The notes under the pieces: model-generated
Databases searched by the model: none
Seen by the model: only the letters and a program-made list of their open reading frames with translations
Told to the model about the DNA's origin: nothing
Source: Mobula birostris
Lineage: Eukaryota
Assembly (NCBI RefSeq): GCF_030028105.1
Contig: NC_092379.1
Location: forward strand, 28,575,821-28,639,820
Reading direction: 5' to 3'
DNA: 64,000 bases
In this document: one piece after another, positions 62,770-64,000 of the stretch
Numbering within the stretch: position 1 is the first letter of the stretch
Layout: the number at the start of each line of letters is the position of its first letter
Translations under genes and position numbers: made by a program

Positions 62770-64000
62770 CGCCAGATCAATATGGGTAGAGTTAAGAAAC
62801 TGCAAGGTTTAAGGAACCCTGCTGGAAGCTATATACAAGCCTCCCGACAGTAGGTAGAATGTGGAGCACAGATTACAAGAGGAAATAGAAAAGGTGTCTC
62901 AAAGGGTAATGTTGTGTTAGTCATGGGAGATGTGAACATGCAGGTAGATTGGGAAAGTCAGTTTAGATATGGATCTCAAGAGAGTGAGTTTGTTGAATGC
63001 CAATGAAAAGGCATCTTATAGCAGATTGTCCGTCAACCTACAAGGGGATCAGTTGTACAGGATTGGTTGTTGTGCAATGAACTGGAGAGAATTAGTGACC
63101 TTTGGATAAAAGAGCAATTTGAAGGCAGTGATCCCAATATGATTGAGTTCAACTATAAATTTGCCAGGGAGAAAGTAAAGTCTGACGAAGCAGTATTTCA
63201 GCACAGTTAAGGAAATTTCTATGGTATGAGAGAGGAGCTGGCCAACAAATTCAGAGAGGAGGACTTGGAAGGATAGACTGCAAGGGAGGACAACAGAGCA
63301 GGAAGGGCGTGAATTTCTGGGGAAAATGAAAAAAAGGTGCCCAATAGCTGTATCCAAAAACGATGAAATTCCCAAATGGAAAAGTACTACAACTATGGTT
63401 GACACTGGGAGTCAAAGCTAACGTAAAAACAAAAGAGCGGGTATACAGCAGAACAGAAATTAGTAGTAGGACAGAGGATAAGGAAGCTTTCAAAACCCTA
63501 GGGAACAACTAAAACAATCATTAGCAAAAAATATCAAAATGGATACTAAAAGGTTTTTTTCAAAAATGTGAAAAAATAGAAGTGAGATCAGAGTGCATAT
63601 GGAAAGCAAGAAACTGTCGCCGAAGAAATAATGCTGGGAGACAAGCTGGTGGCAGATGAACTATATGAGTATTTCGCATCAGGCTTCCCTGTGGACGATC
63701 CGAGCAGCGGGTCAGACGTTTAAGGGTGCAGGGGAAGATATCTGAGCGCAATTACAGTGACAAGGGTGAATGTCCTCAAAACGCTGGAGGACAGGAGGGT
63801 ATATAAGTGTCCCAACCAGCTGAACTGCTCCCTTGCGCCCAGAAAGTGTTAGCGGTAAAGATTACAGAGTCATCAGGAATGATTTTTCAAAATCATTGTC
63901 AATGATATAGATGATGGAATATCTCGCTGTGTTGCCAAGTTTGTAGATGATACGAAGTTTGATGAAGGATAAGTCGTTCTGAGGAAACATAAAGGCTACA
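62770..64000 (+). mobile_element. CR1 LINE ORF2 remnant (runs off the window)
   Basis: Collinear with 17330-18600 (WVELRNCK, VVLVMGDVNMQVDWE, QDWLLCNELERISDL). Confidence 0.85.

Noticed and set aside
1-64000. D, J or constant-region segments
   Set aside because: I found no FGxG J motif next to a 12-RSS and no C1-set exon. The only 12-spacer RSS belongs to a V pseudogene.

Overview
Vertebrate genomic DNA, by inference from a cartilaginous fish (probably a ray), covering part of a T-cell receptor alpha/delta variable-gene array. I identify 21 V loci, all on the minus strand. Where intact, each has a 46-nt leader exon, an ~85-nt phase-1 intron, a V exon and a 23-bp-spacer RSS. Three look fully intact (8796-9218, 32349-32780, 42577-43008) and one is one base short of an open V frame (19219-19641). 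The rest are pseudogenes or fragments from several families, amplified in tandem modules that share inactivating lesions. I found no D, J or C segments. The spacers are full of mobile DNA: CR1 LINEs, Penelope-like elements with minimal hammerhead motifs, an RTE-derived element with a candidate HDV-like ribozyme at its 5' end, a Gmr1-type (integrase-before-RT) gypsy element that splits a V gene at its splice acceptor, two solo LTRs, a hAT/Buster remnant and a Harbinger-type element. There is one 165-N gap (9468-9632). Family letters A-E are my own labels from eyeballed alignments, and all coordinates were read by hand.
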